The notes: a model not told the origin generated them from the sequence alone. A DNA stretch of 64,000 bases from an uncultured Alphaproteobacteria bacterium (GCA_944391405.1 CALXTN010000003.1:5587-69586); one strand, 5' to 3'; positions 28,484-39,585 are shown, numbered from the stretch's first letter. A program made the numbers and translations.

Positions 28484-30265
28484 TTAACGAAGTTGGGTAC
28501 GATAGAGTGATGCGTAAATTCCATTTGGTTTAGCTATCAGTTCATCATGCGTTCCGATTTCTGCAATTTTACCATAATTTACTACAACAATTTTATCGGC
28601 ATTCCTGACGGTTGATAAACGATGTGCAATTATAAACACTGTTCTATCCGCCATTAAATTTTCAATCGCTTGCTGCACAATTGCTTCTGATTTGTTATCT
28701 AAAGCTGAGGTTGCTTCATCTAAAATTACTATTGGGGCATTTTTGATAAATGCACGCGCGATAGCTATACGTTGCTTTTGACCTCCGGATAACATTACGC
28801 CACGTTCTCCGATTTCTGTGTCCAATCCTTTGTCAAGGGTTGAAATAAATTCATCTAAGCATGCACATTTAACCGCTTTTGCAATTTCTTCTTCTGTTGC
28901 GTTTTCTTTTCCTAAAATAATATTATCGCGTATTGTTCCACAAAATAAGAAATTATCTTGAAAAACAATTGCTATTTTATCACGCAGAGAATCTATATCC
29001 AGCTCTCGTATATCAACACCATCTATCGTTAACTTACCACCTGTTACATCATAAAAACGTGGTAATAAATTAACCAATGTTGTCTTTCCGCCTCCAGAAT
29101 TACCAACAAATGCTATTGTTTCTCCTATCCTGATTTTTAAATTGATATGATCAAGAACTTGTTTTCCTTTAATGTATGAAAAACAAACATCTTTATATTC
29201 AATACAATCTTTTGGTGTTGATAGTTTCTTTGGGTTTTCACAATTTATAATATCAGGTGTTCGTTCTAGCGCTCCAAACACACGCTCCATCGCCATTAGA
29301 GCCATTTGTACGCTATTGAAGTTGTTACCAATGCTCTTTATTGGATTATATAGCATAATAAGCGCTGCAATAAATGACACAAAACTACCAGCTGTTATTT
29401 GATGGGTTACAATCAAATATGACCCTAACCAAATTACTGCTGCAACACCAAATGACACAATAAAGTGCATAAGCGGTGATAACATTCCTGTTCTTTGTAT
29501 CATTTTCATACCAATTTTAAACACGCTATCCAATGTATTACAAAAACGAGCATTTTGATAGTCATATAAATTGTATGAAGCAATAATACGATTACCACTA
29601 TAAGTTTCATTAAAATGTGTCATTACAGCAGAACCCGAAAATACCGACTTATCCATTAATGATTTTATGCGCTTACGAACTCTGGTTAATGGAAATAAAG
29701 CTCCTAATAACACTATTGTTGCCACGATTGCTAATTGCCATGAATTATAAAATAATACGCAAATTAATGATATTGATGAAAATAGACGAGTTGTAAATAA
29801 TTTCATATTATTCAATAAACCACTACATGCAGAATCTACATCATTATTAAACCTAAAAATAATATCTCCTGAAGTATTTTTATCAAAAAAAGCGGCATTA
29901 TAGCGCATTAATTTTCCAAAAAGTTTTTTCTTAACATCCATGGCTATACGCTGTCCCACCCATGTATTTAAATATGTTGCGCTATATGTCAGCAAACTCT
30001 GCAATAAACTAAACACTACAATTAATAATGGGATCAAAAATGTTGTTGTTCCTAGCGTACTTTTTTCAACCATTACAACATCCATATACGGCTTTAATGC
30101 CCACGCTATTACAGCGTCCATACCCCCGATCGGAATAGTTATTAAAACAGCGGTTAGTGCACGCCATTTATAAGGCATTACATATGGTAATATTTTGCGA
30201 TAATTTACAACTAAATTTAGACTTAAAAATTTTTCTTTCAATTTTCGGAACATAGACTTTTCCAT
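28484..30265 (-). CDS. msbA: MsbA-like ABC exporter (fused TMD-NBD)
   Basis: GNSGGGKT, LSGGQKQR and LDEATSALD. N-terminal TM domain. Confidence 0.8.
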   Translation of the reverse strand: MEKSMFRKLKEKFLSLNLVVNYRKILPYVMPYKWRALTAVLITIPIGGMDAVIAWALKPYMDVVMVEKSTLGTTTFLIPLLIVVFSLLQSLLTYSATYLNTWVGQRIAMDVKKKLFGKLMRYNAAFFDKNTSGDIIFRFNNDVDSACSGLLNNMKLFTTRLFSSISLICVLFYNSWQLAIVATIVLLGALFPLTRVRKRIKSLMDKSVFSGSAVMTHFNETYSGNRIIASYNLYDYQNARFCNTLDSVFKIGMKMIQRTGMLSPLMHFIVSFGVAAVIWLGSYLIVTHQITAGSFVSFIAALIMLYNPIKSIGNNFNSVQMALMAMERVFGALERTPDIINCENPKKLSTPKDCIEYKDVCFSYIKGKQVLDHINLKIRIGETIAFVGNSGGGKTTLVNLLPRFYDVTGGKLTIDGVDIRELDIDSLRDKIAIVFQDNFLFCGTIRDNIILGKENATEEEIAKAVKCACLDEFISTLDKGLDTEIGERGVMLSGGQKQRIAIARAFIKNAPIVILDEATSALDNKSEAIVQQAIENLMADRTVFIIAHRLSTVRNADKIVVVNYGKIAEIGTHDELIAKPNGIYASLYRTQLR

Positions 30266-30396
30266 ATATATTTATAATTACTCACACTAAAATGTCCACT
30301 TTATTAGCAGATCCGTATTTTCTCTAACAGCTTTTTTATTAGATGTAAATATTAAAGCGCATTTTATGCCTACATTCATATTTTCACTTTATAAGC

Positions 30397-30423
30397 AAAA
30401 AGCCATCATTTTGATGGCTTTTT
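30397..30423 (-). terminator. Cold-shock gene terminator
   Basis: aaaaagccatca-tt-ttgatggcttttt hairpin. Confidence 0.8.
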
Positions 30424-30444
30424 GTTTATAACTTTTGTTCTGAA

Positions 30445-30648
30445 CTATAATATTTCTATGGAACCAGCAGCGGTACGACCTCTGTCGTCATAAATTTCAT
30501 AGCTTACACGTTGACCTTCATATAATTTTCTTAGTCCTTTCTCCTCTAATTTGGTTATATGCACAAATACGTCTTTTCCTCCATTTTCAGGCTGTATAAA
30601 TCCATATCCTTTGCGTGAATTAAACCACTTAACTGTTCCAGTTGTCAT
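30445..30648 (-). CDS. cspA: Cold-shock protein
   Basis: GTVKWFN..KGYGFI..DVFVH. Confidence 0.95.
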   Translation of the reverse strand: MTTGTVKWFNSRKGYGFIQPENGGKDVFVHITKLEEKGLRKLYEGQRVSYEIYDDRGRTAAGSIEIL

Positions 30649-30747
30649 TTTGTCTCCTATCTTTAATAGTTACACCTACTCCGTTAGAATAACCTAACGG
30701 ATATGGTTTATAATACTATTTATTCTAGAGTCAATAAAAAAAATCTT

Positions 30748-31119
30748 TTATAGGTTGTTTTTTGATAAAATATTTTGTATTTGTGTTTTTATATATTCTC
30801 TAAATTCAGGATTTATACCCTTCTCATTACCTTTTTTTTCTAATATTTCTAATATTTCTGGCTGATATTTGGGTTTATTTATAGCTATTTTAGCTAAATA
30901 CCAAACACTCCCCTCAAAAATTTGCGCATCCTCACTATCTAGTCCCTTTGTAATACTTTCATATGTTGGAGAAAAACGCTTTTTTATTTCTGTATTATTT
31001 AATACGTATGATGCTTTTTGAATTCTATGTGCTTCTGCGGGGGTAATATCTCCTGTTTTTTTCCCAATCAAGAAATCTTTTATCTTCTTGAACATTGATG
31101 CACTGACACCTTCTGTCAT
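30748..31119 (-). CDS. Hypothetical protein
   Basis: ORF with GGGAG RBS before ATG 31119 (MTEGV). Confidence 0.6.
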   Translation of the reverse strand: MTEGVSASMFKKIKDFLIGKKTGDITPAEAHRIQKASYVLNNTEIKKRFSPTYESITKGLDSEDAQIFEGSVWYLAKIAINKPKYQPEILEILEKKGNEKGINPEFREYIKTQIQNILSKNNL

Positions 31120-31262
31120 CTTTATATCTCCCTTATTTTTATATCCCTCGTCAGAATTTAAAATAAGCAGACTTTTTTCTTTTTGCAACCATTTTTCTGT
31201 TGAAGATGTGAAAAATGATTGACTCTTATTTTTATTTATACTATTTATCGCTTTTGTTAGAT

Positions 31263-31336
31263 TGCTTCATCGTCTAATGGTAGGACAGCGGACTCTGACT
31301 CCGTTAATCTTGGTTCGAATCCAGGTGAAGCAGCCA
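31263..31336 (+). tRNA. tRNA-Gln(CUG)
   Basis: TGCTTCA/TGAAGCA acceptor stem, gcgga-ctCTGac-tccgt anticodon arm, GGTTCGAATCC, encoded CCA. Confidence 0.96.
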
Positions 31337-31533
31337 AGATGACTACGGAGGAAAATTTTGCGTTTATCCTCTTTTTTATGCATTTTTTCTATTTGAATAG
31401 CTTAATTTTAATATTTAGATTTTAATGATATATAGAAATATTTTACTATTCTTGCACACAAATAAGTTCTGTATTAAATTTATCTTTCTTACTTTTTAAA
31501 GCGAACAATAGGATATTGTATATAGATAGTTTT

Positions 31534-32544
31534 TTATTTCTCTTTAATTACTTTTTTCATGAGCGTTGATAGTGGATACTTTGACAATTCCTCTTTAGGT
31601 ACAAAAAAACCATCTGGTACCAATGGCGTATCACAAATTATTTTATATATATTCAGCGTTAATTTAATATGCGTGAAAACATGAGTAATATGCCTCTGAG
31701 TATCTTCTGCTTTTGTCCATATTATCCCTTCTTCTTTCCATGGGAATTCGTAAAGACCATTTAAGAGACCTTTTTCTGTTCTTTTGCGGAGTAGATATGC
31801 CCCCTCACTGTTTTGTATCAGGTATACACTTCCTTGCTTTTCTTTTTTCTCAAGTTTCCGGCGAATCGGTATTTGTTCTAAATCTACTTTATCTTTGGAT
31901 TGGCATATATCTTTTAACGGGCATAATAAACATTGAGGATTTTTCGGTGTACATATCATTGCGCCTAAATCCATAATTGCAGAAGCATAATCCGCTGCAT
32001 GCTCTCTACTTGTAAGCTTCTCAGCCTTTTTTCGTATAGTTTCTTTAATATCATCCAGAGTTTCCGTTAGATGGTACAACCGACAAATAATACGCATTAC
32101 ATTACCGTCAACTACTGTTTCTGGCTGGTTATACGCTAGTGCTAAAAAGCTTGCAACCGTATATTCTCCTATCCCTTTTAATTTTAGTACTTCTGCTCTG
32201 GATTGCGGAAACTTTCCGCCATATTCATTAACTATAATCTGAGCTGTTGTATGCAATGACCGTGCTCTTGTATAATACCCCAATCCCTGCCACATTGCAT
32301 ATACTTCTTCTTGCGTGGCTTTTGCTAAACTTTCTACTGTCGGAAACATTTCCATAAATCTTTTAAAATAAGGTATAACCGTTTTTACAGTTGTTTGCTG
32401 AAGCATAAACTCTGATACCAAAATCACATATGGATTAGGATGCGCTCCTCCCTTTACTCGCCAGGGAAGTTCTCGTCCGTGTTTTTGGTACCATACTAAA
32501 ATTTTTTGAGATATTTCTTGCTTATCTGACATATTCTTTCTCAT
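31534..32544 (-). CDS. mutY: A/G-specific adenine glycosylase
   Basis: LPWR, VSEFMLQQT, WQGLGYY.RAR, HhH, VDGNV and the C-x6-C-x2-C-x5-C cluster. Start at 32544 or 32532; the ORF-track extension runs into the tRNA. Confidence 0.95.
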   Translation of the reverse strand: MRKNMSDKQEISQKILVWYQKHGRELPWRVKGGAHPNPYVILVSEFMLQQTTVKTVIPYFKRFMEMFPTVESLAKATQEEVYAMWQGLGYYTRARSLHTTAQIIVNEYGGKFPQSRAEVLKLKGIGEYTVASFLALAYNQPETVVDGNVMRIICRLYHLTETLDDIKETIRKKAEKLTSREHAADYASAIMDLGAMICTPKNPQCLLCPLKDICQSKDKVDLEQIPIRRKLEKKEKQGSVYLIQNSEGAYLLRKRTEKGLLNGLYEFPWKEEGIIWTKAEDTQRHITHVFTHIKLTLNIYKIICDTPLVPDGFFVPKEELSKYPLSTLMKKVIKEK

Positions 32545-32546
32545 AC

Positions 32547-32572
32547 AAAAAAGCCTCCTTACGGAGGTTTTT
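32547..32572 (-). terminator. Terminator after tRNA-Leu, overlapping the putative mutY SD
   Basis: aaaacctcc-gtaa-ggaggcttttttg on the minus strand. Confidence 0.75.
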
Positions 32573-32573
32573 A

Positions 32574-32659
32574 TGGTGCTCTGGAGAAGACTTGAACTTC
32601 CACTGCCTGAGGCAACATGCACCTGAAGCATGCGCGTCTACCAATTTCGCCACCAGAGC
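32574..32659 (-). tRNA. tRNA-Leu(CAG)
   Basis: GCTCTGG/CCAGAGC acceptor, CATGC-ttCAGgt-GCATG, long variable arm, GTTCAAGT, CCA. Confidence 0.96.
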
Positions 32660-32725
32660 AATGTTTTTTTATTACTTACTTTTTTTATATTAGTCAATAC
32701 TTTTTATCTTTTTTTATTAGGGCTT

Positions 32726-33532
32726 TTACCAGATGTTATATGCATCAAACAACAAACATATTCCTAAAATCACACGATAAATCACAAAAGGTAAATATGT
32801 TGCATAACGCAACCATTGCATCATCAAAAATATTGCTAAAAAGGAAAAGATAAATGAGCCTCCTATAGCTTGGTATGCCATCATTATTTGGCTCATTTCT
32901 CCGCCTTTGTATATTTCAATCATTGCTAAGATACCTGCCGCTAAAATTGCAGGAACAGACAATAACATGGAAAATTTTGCAACTTCACTTCTGTTATAAC
33001 CTAAAAAACGCCCTACTGTGATTGTTACACCTGAGCGGCTTGTTCCCGGTAAAAATGCTAAACATTGTGCAAAACCAATCCACAAAGCATCACTTAACTT
33101 CATTTCTTTTAATGTTTTTTCTGTGCTAAATTTCGTATCAGCATACCATAAAACGATAGAATAAACAATCAATAACCAGCCGATTAATTTGGTACTTCTA
33201 ACCCAATCCATCCCAATATATTTTAATGCGCCGCCAATTACGATTGCAGGTATTGTGGCGCATACGATATAATACGCCAAACGAACACCGTCTACTTCAA
33301 AATTTGGCCTAAATTTCTCTTTTATTAAATCCACCAGCATTTCTTTAAAAGTTCGCCAGAAATACAGTACAACCGCAATTAATGAACCGATATGCAAAGC
33401 AATATCTATTACTTGCCCTTGATCTACTGCAGACATATATTTTGAAAACAAAATTAAATGCCCTGAAGAGCTTACCGGCAAAAACTCTGTTAGTCCTTGT
33501 ATGAGTGACAACCAAAACACTTGCATATCCAT
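32726..33532 (-). CDS. uppP: Undecaprenyl-diphosphatase
   Basis: QGLTEFLPVSSSGH and PGTSRSG. Confidence 0.96.
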   Translation of the reverse strand: MDMQVFWLSLIQGLTEFLPVSSSGHLILFSKYMSAVDQGQVIDIALHIGSLIAVVLYFWRTFKEMLVDLIKEKFRPNFEVDGVRLAYYIVCATIPAIVIGGALKYIGMDWVRSTKLIGWLLIVYSIVLWYADTKFSTEKTLKEMKLSDALWIGFAQCLAFLPGTSRSGVTITVGRFLGYNRSEVAKFSMLLSVPAILAAGILAMIEIYKGGEMSQIMMAYQAIGGSFIFSFLAIFLMMQWLRYATYLPFVIYRVILGICLLFDAYNIW

Positions 33533-33576
33533 CTTTTTATCCTCTCTTTATTTTTGTGAAGTATAAGGGGGATTTA

Positions 33577-34998
33577 TTAAAAATCAAACAAACTTTCTTG
33601 TTTATTTTCAGCTTGCTTATCTAACTTTTTCTTTTTAATAGGTTTTATTGTATTATTTGGAGGTTCTTTTTCTGTTAACACTTGCGGGAAAAGGTAACTC
33701 GTTATTTCGCCATCAGCAAAATGGATTATCAATTCCGTTTCCTGCTCTGCTGAAGCTTTTCCATAAATTGTTTGACCTTGTTTACCTTTAATCCATGCAA
33801 AACCGCGTCTTAATACAGATTCAACCGACACTCCTTCCAATCTGTGACCTAGTCCTTGTAATCTTTCGGTATATTTTTCAACCATTGTATTGATATATAC
33901 CGGTTTTATTTCCGCTAAGGCCAACGCATTTTTTTTCTGCGTCAAAACATTCTTAACCGCATTTAGTAATCTTTCCCAGCGGTAATCTAACTTCTGAATA
34001 CTTTCATTTAGAATTTGTTGTAAATTTGGAATACCTCGCCCCAATCCTTCTATTTTATTTTTATATTCTTCAAGACTGCGACGCATTGCATTTTTCATGC
34101 GGTTATCCAGAATATTCATATTCATTACTAATTCACTTTTGACGGGAACAGCAAATTCTGCCGCACCAGTTGGTGTCGGCGCTCTTTTATCAGACACATA
34201 ATCTATTAACATGGTATCCGTTTCGTGCCCTACCGCTGAAATTATCGGTATATCAGAATCGTAAACAGCCCTTATCACAATCTCTTCGTTAAACGGCCAT
34301 AAATCTTCCAAGCTGCCACCGCCTCTGGCAACAATGATAACATCCGGTCTTCTGATCTCCCCACCTTTAGGCAATGCGTTGAAACCTTTTATTGCCGCTG
34401 CTACTTTTTCTGCTGCACCTTCCCCTTGTACAGGTGTTGGCCAGAGTAAGATATAACTTGGAAATCTATCGCGAATACGGTGAATGATATCTCTGATTAC
34501 AGCACCTGAAGCACTGGATACAACACCGATGGTTTCCGGCAAAAAAGGTATGGGCTTTTTGTGCGCAACATCAAATAATCCTTCTTTGATAAATTGTTGC
34601 TTGCGTTCTTCCAATAATTTCAGCAGTGCGCCTTGTCCGGCCGGTTCTAAACTTTCTATAACAAGCTGATAAGATGATTTGCCGGAAAATGTTGTAATTT
34701 TTCCGGTTGCAATTACCTCTAATCCGTCCTCTATTTTGACTTTTAGTGAAGATGCTACACCTCGCCAGCATACAGCCGATAATACCGCATTTTCATCTTT
34801 TAACGATAAATACCAATGCCCCGAATCTGCTCTTTTAGCACCAAAAATTTCACCTCTGACCAAAACATGATTAAAATTACCTTCCACATATCTTTTTATC
34901 TCGTTAGATAATTCCGTAACACTTTTTGCTTGCGGTTGTGTTTCGGTTGTTTCTTTTTCCGGTGTTTTTTCTTCAAAATCAAAACTTAAATCCATCAT
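33577..34998 (-). CDS. xseA: Exodeoxyribonuclease VII large subunit
   Basis: [24 protein letters not shown] and APTPTGAAE. Confidence 0.97.
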   Translation of the reverse strand: MMDLSFDFEEKTPEKETTETQPQAKSVTELSNEIKRYVEGNFNHVLVRGEIFGAKRADSGHWYLSLKDENAVLSAVCWRGVASSLKVKIEDGLEVIATGKITTFSGKSSYQLVIESLEPAGQGALLKLLEERKQQFIKEGLFDVAHKKPIPFLPETIGVVSSASGAVIRDIIHRIRDRFPSYILLWPTPVQGEGAAEKVAAAIKGFNALPKGGEIRRPDVIIVARGGGSLEDLWPFNEEIVIRAVYDSDIPIISAVGHETDTMLIDYVSDKRAPTPTGAAEFAVPVKSELVMNMNILDNRMKNAMRRSLEEYKNKIEGLGRGIPNLQQILNESIQKLDYRWERLLNAVKNVLTQKKNALALAEIKPVYINTMVEKYTERLQGLGHRLEGVSVESVLRRGFAWIKGKQGQTIYGKASAEQETELIIHFADGEITSYLFPQVLTEKEPPNNTIKPIKKKKLDKQAENKQESLFDF

Positions 34999-35909
34999 AA
35001 ATCTAATAATCCTTTTGCAAATTCATCTGCCTTAAAAGTATCCATATCGTCAACTTGCTCACCTACCCCTACATAATAAACAGGAATAGAAGTTTCTGAT
35101 GCAATAGCTATTAATATCCCACCTCGTGATGAACCGTCTAATTTGGTCACAACCACCCCATTTACATCTACCAAATCTTTAAATGTTTTTACTTGATCCA
35201 ATCCATTTTGTCCGGTTGTTGCGTCTATGGTTATTAATGTTTTATGCGGCGCGTCCGGAATTACTTTTTTTATCACACGGACGATTTTTTGTAACTCTTC
35301 CATCAAGCCTTTTTTATTTTGTAATCGACCCGCCGTATCTATAAAAACTATATCGTCCCCTTTTTTTATGGCTTTTACCAAACCATCATAACACAAACCG
35401 GCACTATCACATCCCGTTTCTCCTGAAAATACACGAATGCTGTTGCGAGCTCCCCATATCTCTAATTGTTCCACAGCTGCTGCTCTAAATGTATCTCCGG
35501 CAATAAATGAAACTTGATATCCTGCTTTTGCAAATTTTTTACCTAATTTTCCGATAGTTGTTGTTTTGCCTGCGCCATTTACGCCCACCATTAAAATAAC
35601 AAACGGCTTTTTAGTTGTATCTATAACAAATTCCTGCTCAGATTTTTTTAATATTGCAGTTATGTCTTTGCATAACTCTTGTTTGATTGTCGTAATATCA
35701 CTCCCTTTTTCAAATTTCTTGGAGGAAAAATTCCCGACTATCTCTGATGAGGCTTTTACCCCCACATCTGCACTGTAAAGCAATTCTTCCAAATCCGTTA
35801 TCACATCCTCCGACAGGCTTTCTTTAGTGAAAATATCACTTATGCCTTGACTTAAATTTTTAGATGTTTTCTTTAATCCCAGACCTAGTTTTTGAAAAAA
35901 ATTACTCAT
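34995..35909 (-). CDS. ftsY: SRP receptor FtsY (NG domain only)
   Basis: [21 protein letters not shown] and TKLDG. Confidence 0.97.
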   Translation of the reverse strand: MSNFFQKLGLGLKKTSKNLSQGISDIFTKESLSEDVITDLEELLYSADVGVKASSEIVGNFSSKKFEKGSDITTIKQELCKDITAILKKSEQEFVIDTTKKPFVILMVGVNGAGKTTTIGKLGKKFAKAGYQVSFIAGDTFRAAAVEQLEIWGARNSIRVFSGETGCDSAGLCYDGLVKAIKKGDDIVFIDTAGRLQNKKGLMEELQKIVRVIKKVIPDAPHKTLITIDATTGQNGLDQVKTFKDLVDVNGVVVTKLDGSSRGGILIAIASETSIPVYYVGVGEQVDDMDTFKADEFAKGLLDL

Positions 35910-36940
35910 TTTTCCTCCTTTCGTAGGTTTCTTAATCTTTCTGCTCGTTCTCTTCTAATATTAACCGGCACTTGAGGCATTCTTGCGGCAGGTGTTCCGG
36001 GACGTTCTGAATACGGAAACACATGTAACTTTTCTATATCTGCTTCTTCTACCAATTTCATCGTATTGGCAAAATTTTCTTCCGTTTCTGTCGGAAATCC
36101 GCAAATAAAATCTGCGCCAAATACACTTTCAGGGCGAACATCTCTTAACTTTTTACATAAATTTATCACATCTTCTCTACTATGACGGCGTCCCATTCTT
36201 TTTAATATCAAATTATCTCCTGATTGTATTGAAAAATGAAAATGAGGATGGATATTTGAATATTTTTTAACTAAATCAATAAAATGTTCATCAATAGCTG
36301 CTGGATCTAGAGAACCAAACTGTAACGATGGTAAATCCGGAAATTCTTGCAAAATGTCTGCCACTAACTCACTAAAACTTGGCTCATAGGAACATGCATC
36401 AATTCCGGTTAAGCAAATCTCCTTAAATCCTTGTTGCAATAAAATTCGTATCTGTTCAATTATTTTTTCCTTTTTTACCGAACGATTTGCCCCTCTGGCA
36501 TATGGAACTATGCAATATGTACAACGATGGTTGCACCCTTGTTGAATTTCTACAAAAGCTCTTTCTCTACCTTCAAAACCTGTTATCATATAAGCATCAT
36601 AACCGGCAAACGAAAAAATATCTCCGACGATTTTCTTTTCTTGTGAAACCAAATATTTTTCTATTTCGGTCTTTTCTTTATTACCCAAAACCAAATCAAC
36701 TTCCGGCATAGCGGCAAATCTTTCAGCGCTCACTTGCGCTGCGCATCCGGTTACAACTATTTTGGCCTCTGGATTTTCTTTTTTCATTTTGCGAATTGTC
36801 TGCCGGCATTGTCTTTCTGCTTCTGCCGTAACAGCACATGTATTTACCACGACTAAGTTATCGTAATTTTTTAATTTCTCTTTGAATATTTCACTTTCAT
36901 AGCTGTTTATGCGACATCCGAATGTTATTACTTTTACCAT
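35906..36940 (-). CDS. mtaB: tRNA methylthiotransferase MtaB-like (radical SAM), no C-terminal TRAM
   Basis: TFGCRIN, NTCAVT, VTGC, CNHRCTYC and PYSERPGT. Adjacent to ftsY. Confidence 0.88.
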   Translation of the reverse strand: MVKVITFGCRINSYESEIFKEKLKNYDNLVVVNTCAVTAEAERQCRQTIRKMKKENPEAKIVVTGCAAQVSAERFAAMPEVDLVLGNKEKTEIEKYLVSQEKKIVGDIFSFAGYDAYMITGFEGRERAFVEIQQGCNHRCTYCIVPYARGANRSVKKEKIIEQIRILLQQGFKEICLTGIDACSYEPSFSELVADILQEFPDLPSLQFGSLDPAAIDEHFIDLVKKYSNIHPHFHFSIQSGDNLILKRMGRRHSREDVINLCKKLRDVRPESVFGADFICGFPTETEENFANTMKLVEEADIEKLHVFPYSERPGTPAARMPQVPVNIRRERAERLRNLRKEEK

Positions 36941-37004
36941 GCGTTATTTCCCTTTTATATATTATTCGGATGATATTCGCTATTTCTGATTTGTGCAAGA
37001 CAAA

Positions 37005-37931
37005 TTAAAGCATCTGCTGATATTTTATCGGGATTTCTTTTGTATAACTATACCACAATGGTTTTAAATAGGAATGCGTGAACCAAGGTGTCCATGGCTT
37101 GTGACCGGCAAAATGAAGAATTATCGCTCTGTCATACACTTCTCGCGATGTTTGCGGAACACTTTCTTGGAAGAAATTACTCAAAAAATCAGCGTCTTTT
37201 TCTTCAAAAAACACACTATTGCAGTTATACTTATATGACAGTGGTTTTACATCTTGACCAAACACGACATTTAGAACATCTTGGTCACCAAATACTTCAT
37301 TATGTGTGTTAAAATATATAACTGCACTACGAATAATATCATCTTGCCTTATTTTATCTAAATTCAACAGCATAACACCACTATTAAAATAAAAATCTTG
37401 CTCTGTCAGATTTATTTCTTTTATATGTTCAGGAAATTGATACATCAAACCGTCTTTTACCGCTGCCGCATATTTATCTGATATATCCGTTTCATACACC
37501 TCACTCAAATCACCTTGCACCAAAGTATCTGCATCCAAATACAAAACTTTGTCCAAATATGGCAAATACTCTGCCAGAAATATTTTTTGCAATGACACCT
37601 TAAACGACTCGAAACGCCCCAAGCGTTTATAATCTAAGTCTAATTCTCGGCTCGGATAGACGTCTATGCTAACATTTGGGGTTTCCAAGGATTTCAGGTT
37701 TGCGATATCTTCAGCATCCAAATTTTTCCCTACAACATGAATGCGATACTTACTTTTCGGCAATTTGTTTTTTATAACAGAATTCAAAGAAACCATCATG
37801 TACGGCAAATATTTAGTATCTGTCATATACACTAAATTAACGGCTTTGGGTCTTAAACCGAACACAGCGATGATTGATATAACGAATAGACTTATTATCC
37901 CGTAAAATAAATATTTAACTTTTGGCGTCAT
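37005..37931 (-). CDS. Glycosyltransferase family 8 with N-terminal TM anchor
   Basis: KVLYLDAD, YFNSGVML, DQDVLN and HFAG.KPW. Confidence 0.92.
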   Translation of the reverse strand: MTPKVKYLFYGIISLFVISIIAVFGLRPKAVNLVYMTDTKYLPYMMVSLNSVIKNKLPKSKYRIHVVGKNLDAEDIANLKSLETPNVSIDVYPSRELDLDYKRLGRFESFKVSLQKIFLAEYLPYLDKVLYLDADTLVQGDLSEVYETDISDKYAAAVKDGLMYQFPEHIKEINLTEQDFYFNSGVMLLNLDKIRQDDIIRSAVIYFNTHNEVFGDQDVLNVVFGQDVKPLSYKYNCNSVFFEEKDADFLSNFFQESVPQTSREVYDRAIILHFAGHKPWTPWFTHSYLKPLWYSYTKEIPIKYQQML

Positions 37932-38953
37932 TGGAACCTCATCATCTCGTTATAAAATCTAAACCATAACTCTTTTAAAAATTCAGGACGATAATTTTCT
38001 TGCCATGGTTTATCTCCTGCGTAGTGAATTATAGTTGAGTTTTCATATATATTGAAGGTCTGTGAAGGTAGATTTTCACCAAAGTATTTACTTAAAAAAT
38101 TCAAATCATCTTCTTCAAAAAAAGTACTTATGCAATTGTATCGATAAGACATTAATTTTAGTTTATCCCCGAATACTACATTAAGCACATCTTGATCTCC
38201 AAAAAAATCTTCATGCGTTTTAACGTATGTTTCTAACTCTTTAACAATGTTATCTTCTCGCTGTTTTTTGAGGTTATACAACATAACGCCGCTATTAAAA
38301 TAAAATCCTCTTTTATCTAATCCGATTTCTGCCATTTCCTTCGGAAAACGGTAAAATATACCATCTTTTGCCACGGCTGCGTATACTTGTGAAACGTCGA
38401 TATCGTACAACTCTCTTAAGTCTTTTAAAACAATGGTATCTCCATCCATGTAAATTACTTTATCTACATCTTTGAGTGTTTGCGGTAAATAAATTTTATG
38501 CATTCCAACTTTATATTGCATAAAGCGTTGCATATTTTCATAAGGAATATCCAATTCTTGTTGCGGAATGATTTTTACCCGTACTGTTTCCGGCGCTAAT
38601 TTTTCTAAACTGCGTAACATATTTTCATCTTGTTCGGTTATATTTTCCGCAATGATATAGAAGTTATATATTGTCGTATTGCATTTCGTTTTTATCGCTG
38701 AATACATTGAAGTACTCGTTGGTGGCGTATAGCGAGAATCGGTTATTAAAACGATATTCACTTCCTTTTTTTCATCGAAACACTTGTTTGATTGTAGCTT
38801 AATTTTTTGAGGTTGGGTTGGCTCACTCTTATTTATAAGCAATTGTTCTTCCTTTATTTTTTGTTCTGTTTCTGATTTTAGCATTTGCGATAACACTACA
38901 CATATTGCCCCAACTAAAACCGCCACCGCTATATAAAAAAACTTTTTAGACAT
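37928..38953 (-). CDS. Glycosyltransferase family 8 with N-terminal TM anchor (paralogue)
   Basis: KVIYMDGD, YFNSGVML, DQDVLN and HYAG.KPW. Confidence 0.92.
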   Translation of the reverse strand: MSKKFFYIAVAVLVGAICVVLSQMLKSETEQKIKEEQLLINKSEPTQPQKIKLQSNKCFDEKKEVNIVLITDSRYTPPTSTSMYSAIKTKCNTTIYNFYIIAENITEQDENMLRSLEKLAPETVRVKIIPQQELDIPYENMQRFMQYKVGMHKIYLPQTLKDVDKVIYMDGDTIVLKDLRELYDIDVSQVYAAVAKDGIFYRFPKEMAEIGLDKRGFYFNSGVMLYNLKKQREDNIVKELETYVKTHEDFFGDQDVLNVVFGDKLKLMSYRYNCISTFFEEDDLNFLSKYFGENLPSQTFNIYENSTIIHYAGDKPWQENYRPEFLKELWFRFYNEMMRFQ

Positions 38954-39082
38954 ATCTTATCTCCTTGATATTTTTTATCATGAAATTGTTAATTATTCGT
39001 GGATAATTTTTTTTCTGACTATAAATTCGCAGAATAACTTTATAGATTGATGATGTAGGTTTTATTTTGCAGAGGTTGTGTC

Positions 39083-39577
39083 ATGAATAAAAAATTAGCT
39101 TATGTTATTGCCACTTATTTTGGACTTGGACTATCTAAGTTTGCTCCGGGAACCATGGGATCACTTGGCACTCTGCCTCTTGCCTACGTCCTCATCTATT
39201 TTGGTGGGTTTCATGCTCTAATCGCAACAGCTGTTCTTATTTTTATTATCGGTGTCTTTGCAACAGATGCTGTTATTAAAGATTGCGGAGATAAAGATCC
39301 TTCTAAAGTAGTTATTGATGAAACTGTGGGACAACTCGTTACTTTTTCTTTTGTGGCTTATATGGCTCCCGAATATCTAACGGGCTGGATTTCCGCCATT
39401 TACTATGTTTCCGGATTTGTCTTTTTTAGATTTTTTGATATTCTCAAAATGGGACCGGTAAAATATGCCGACTCTAAAATTAAAAACGCTTATGGTGTTA
39501 TGCTAGATGATGTTTTTGCTGGAATTTTTGCTTCTATCGCACTTCTTGGTGTTTTATGCTTTATGGTTAATCTTTAG
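39083..39577 (+). CDS. pgpA: Phosphatidylglycerophosphatase A
   Basis: APGTMGS, DPSKVVIDE..G, FRFFDILK and GVMLDDV.AG. Confidence 0.95.
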   Translation: MNKKLAYVIATYFGLGLSKFAPGTMGSLGTLPLAYVLIYFGGFHALIATAVLIFIIGVFATDAVIKDCGDKDPSKVVIDETVGQLVTFSFVAYMAPEYLTGWISAIYYVSGFVFFRFFDILKMGPVKYADSKIKNAYGVMLDDVFAGIFASIALLGVLCFMVNL

Positions 39578-39585
39578 TTTTTTAA

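Noticed and set aside
32545-32631. Extended N-terminus of MutY
   Set aside because: It runs through tRNA-Leu and its terminator.
31263-32659. tRNA genes as island integration sites
   Set aside because: No duplicated tRNA 3' ends or integrase seen nearby; the flanks are mostly housekeeping genes.
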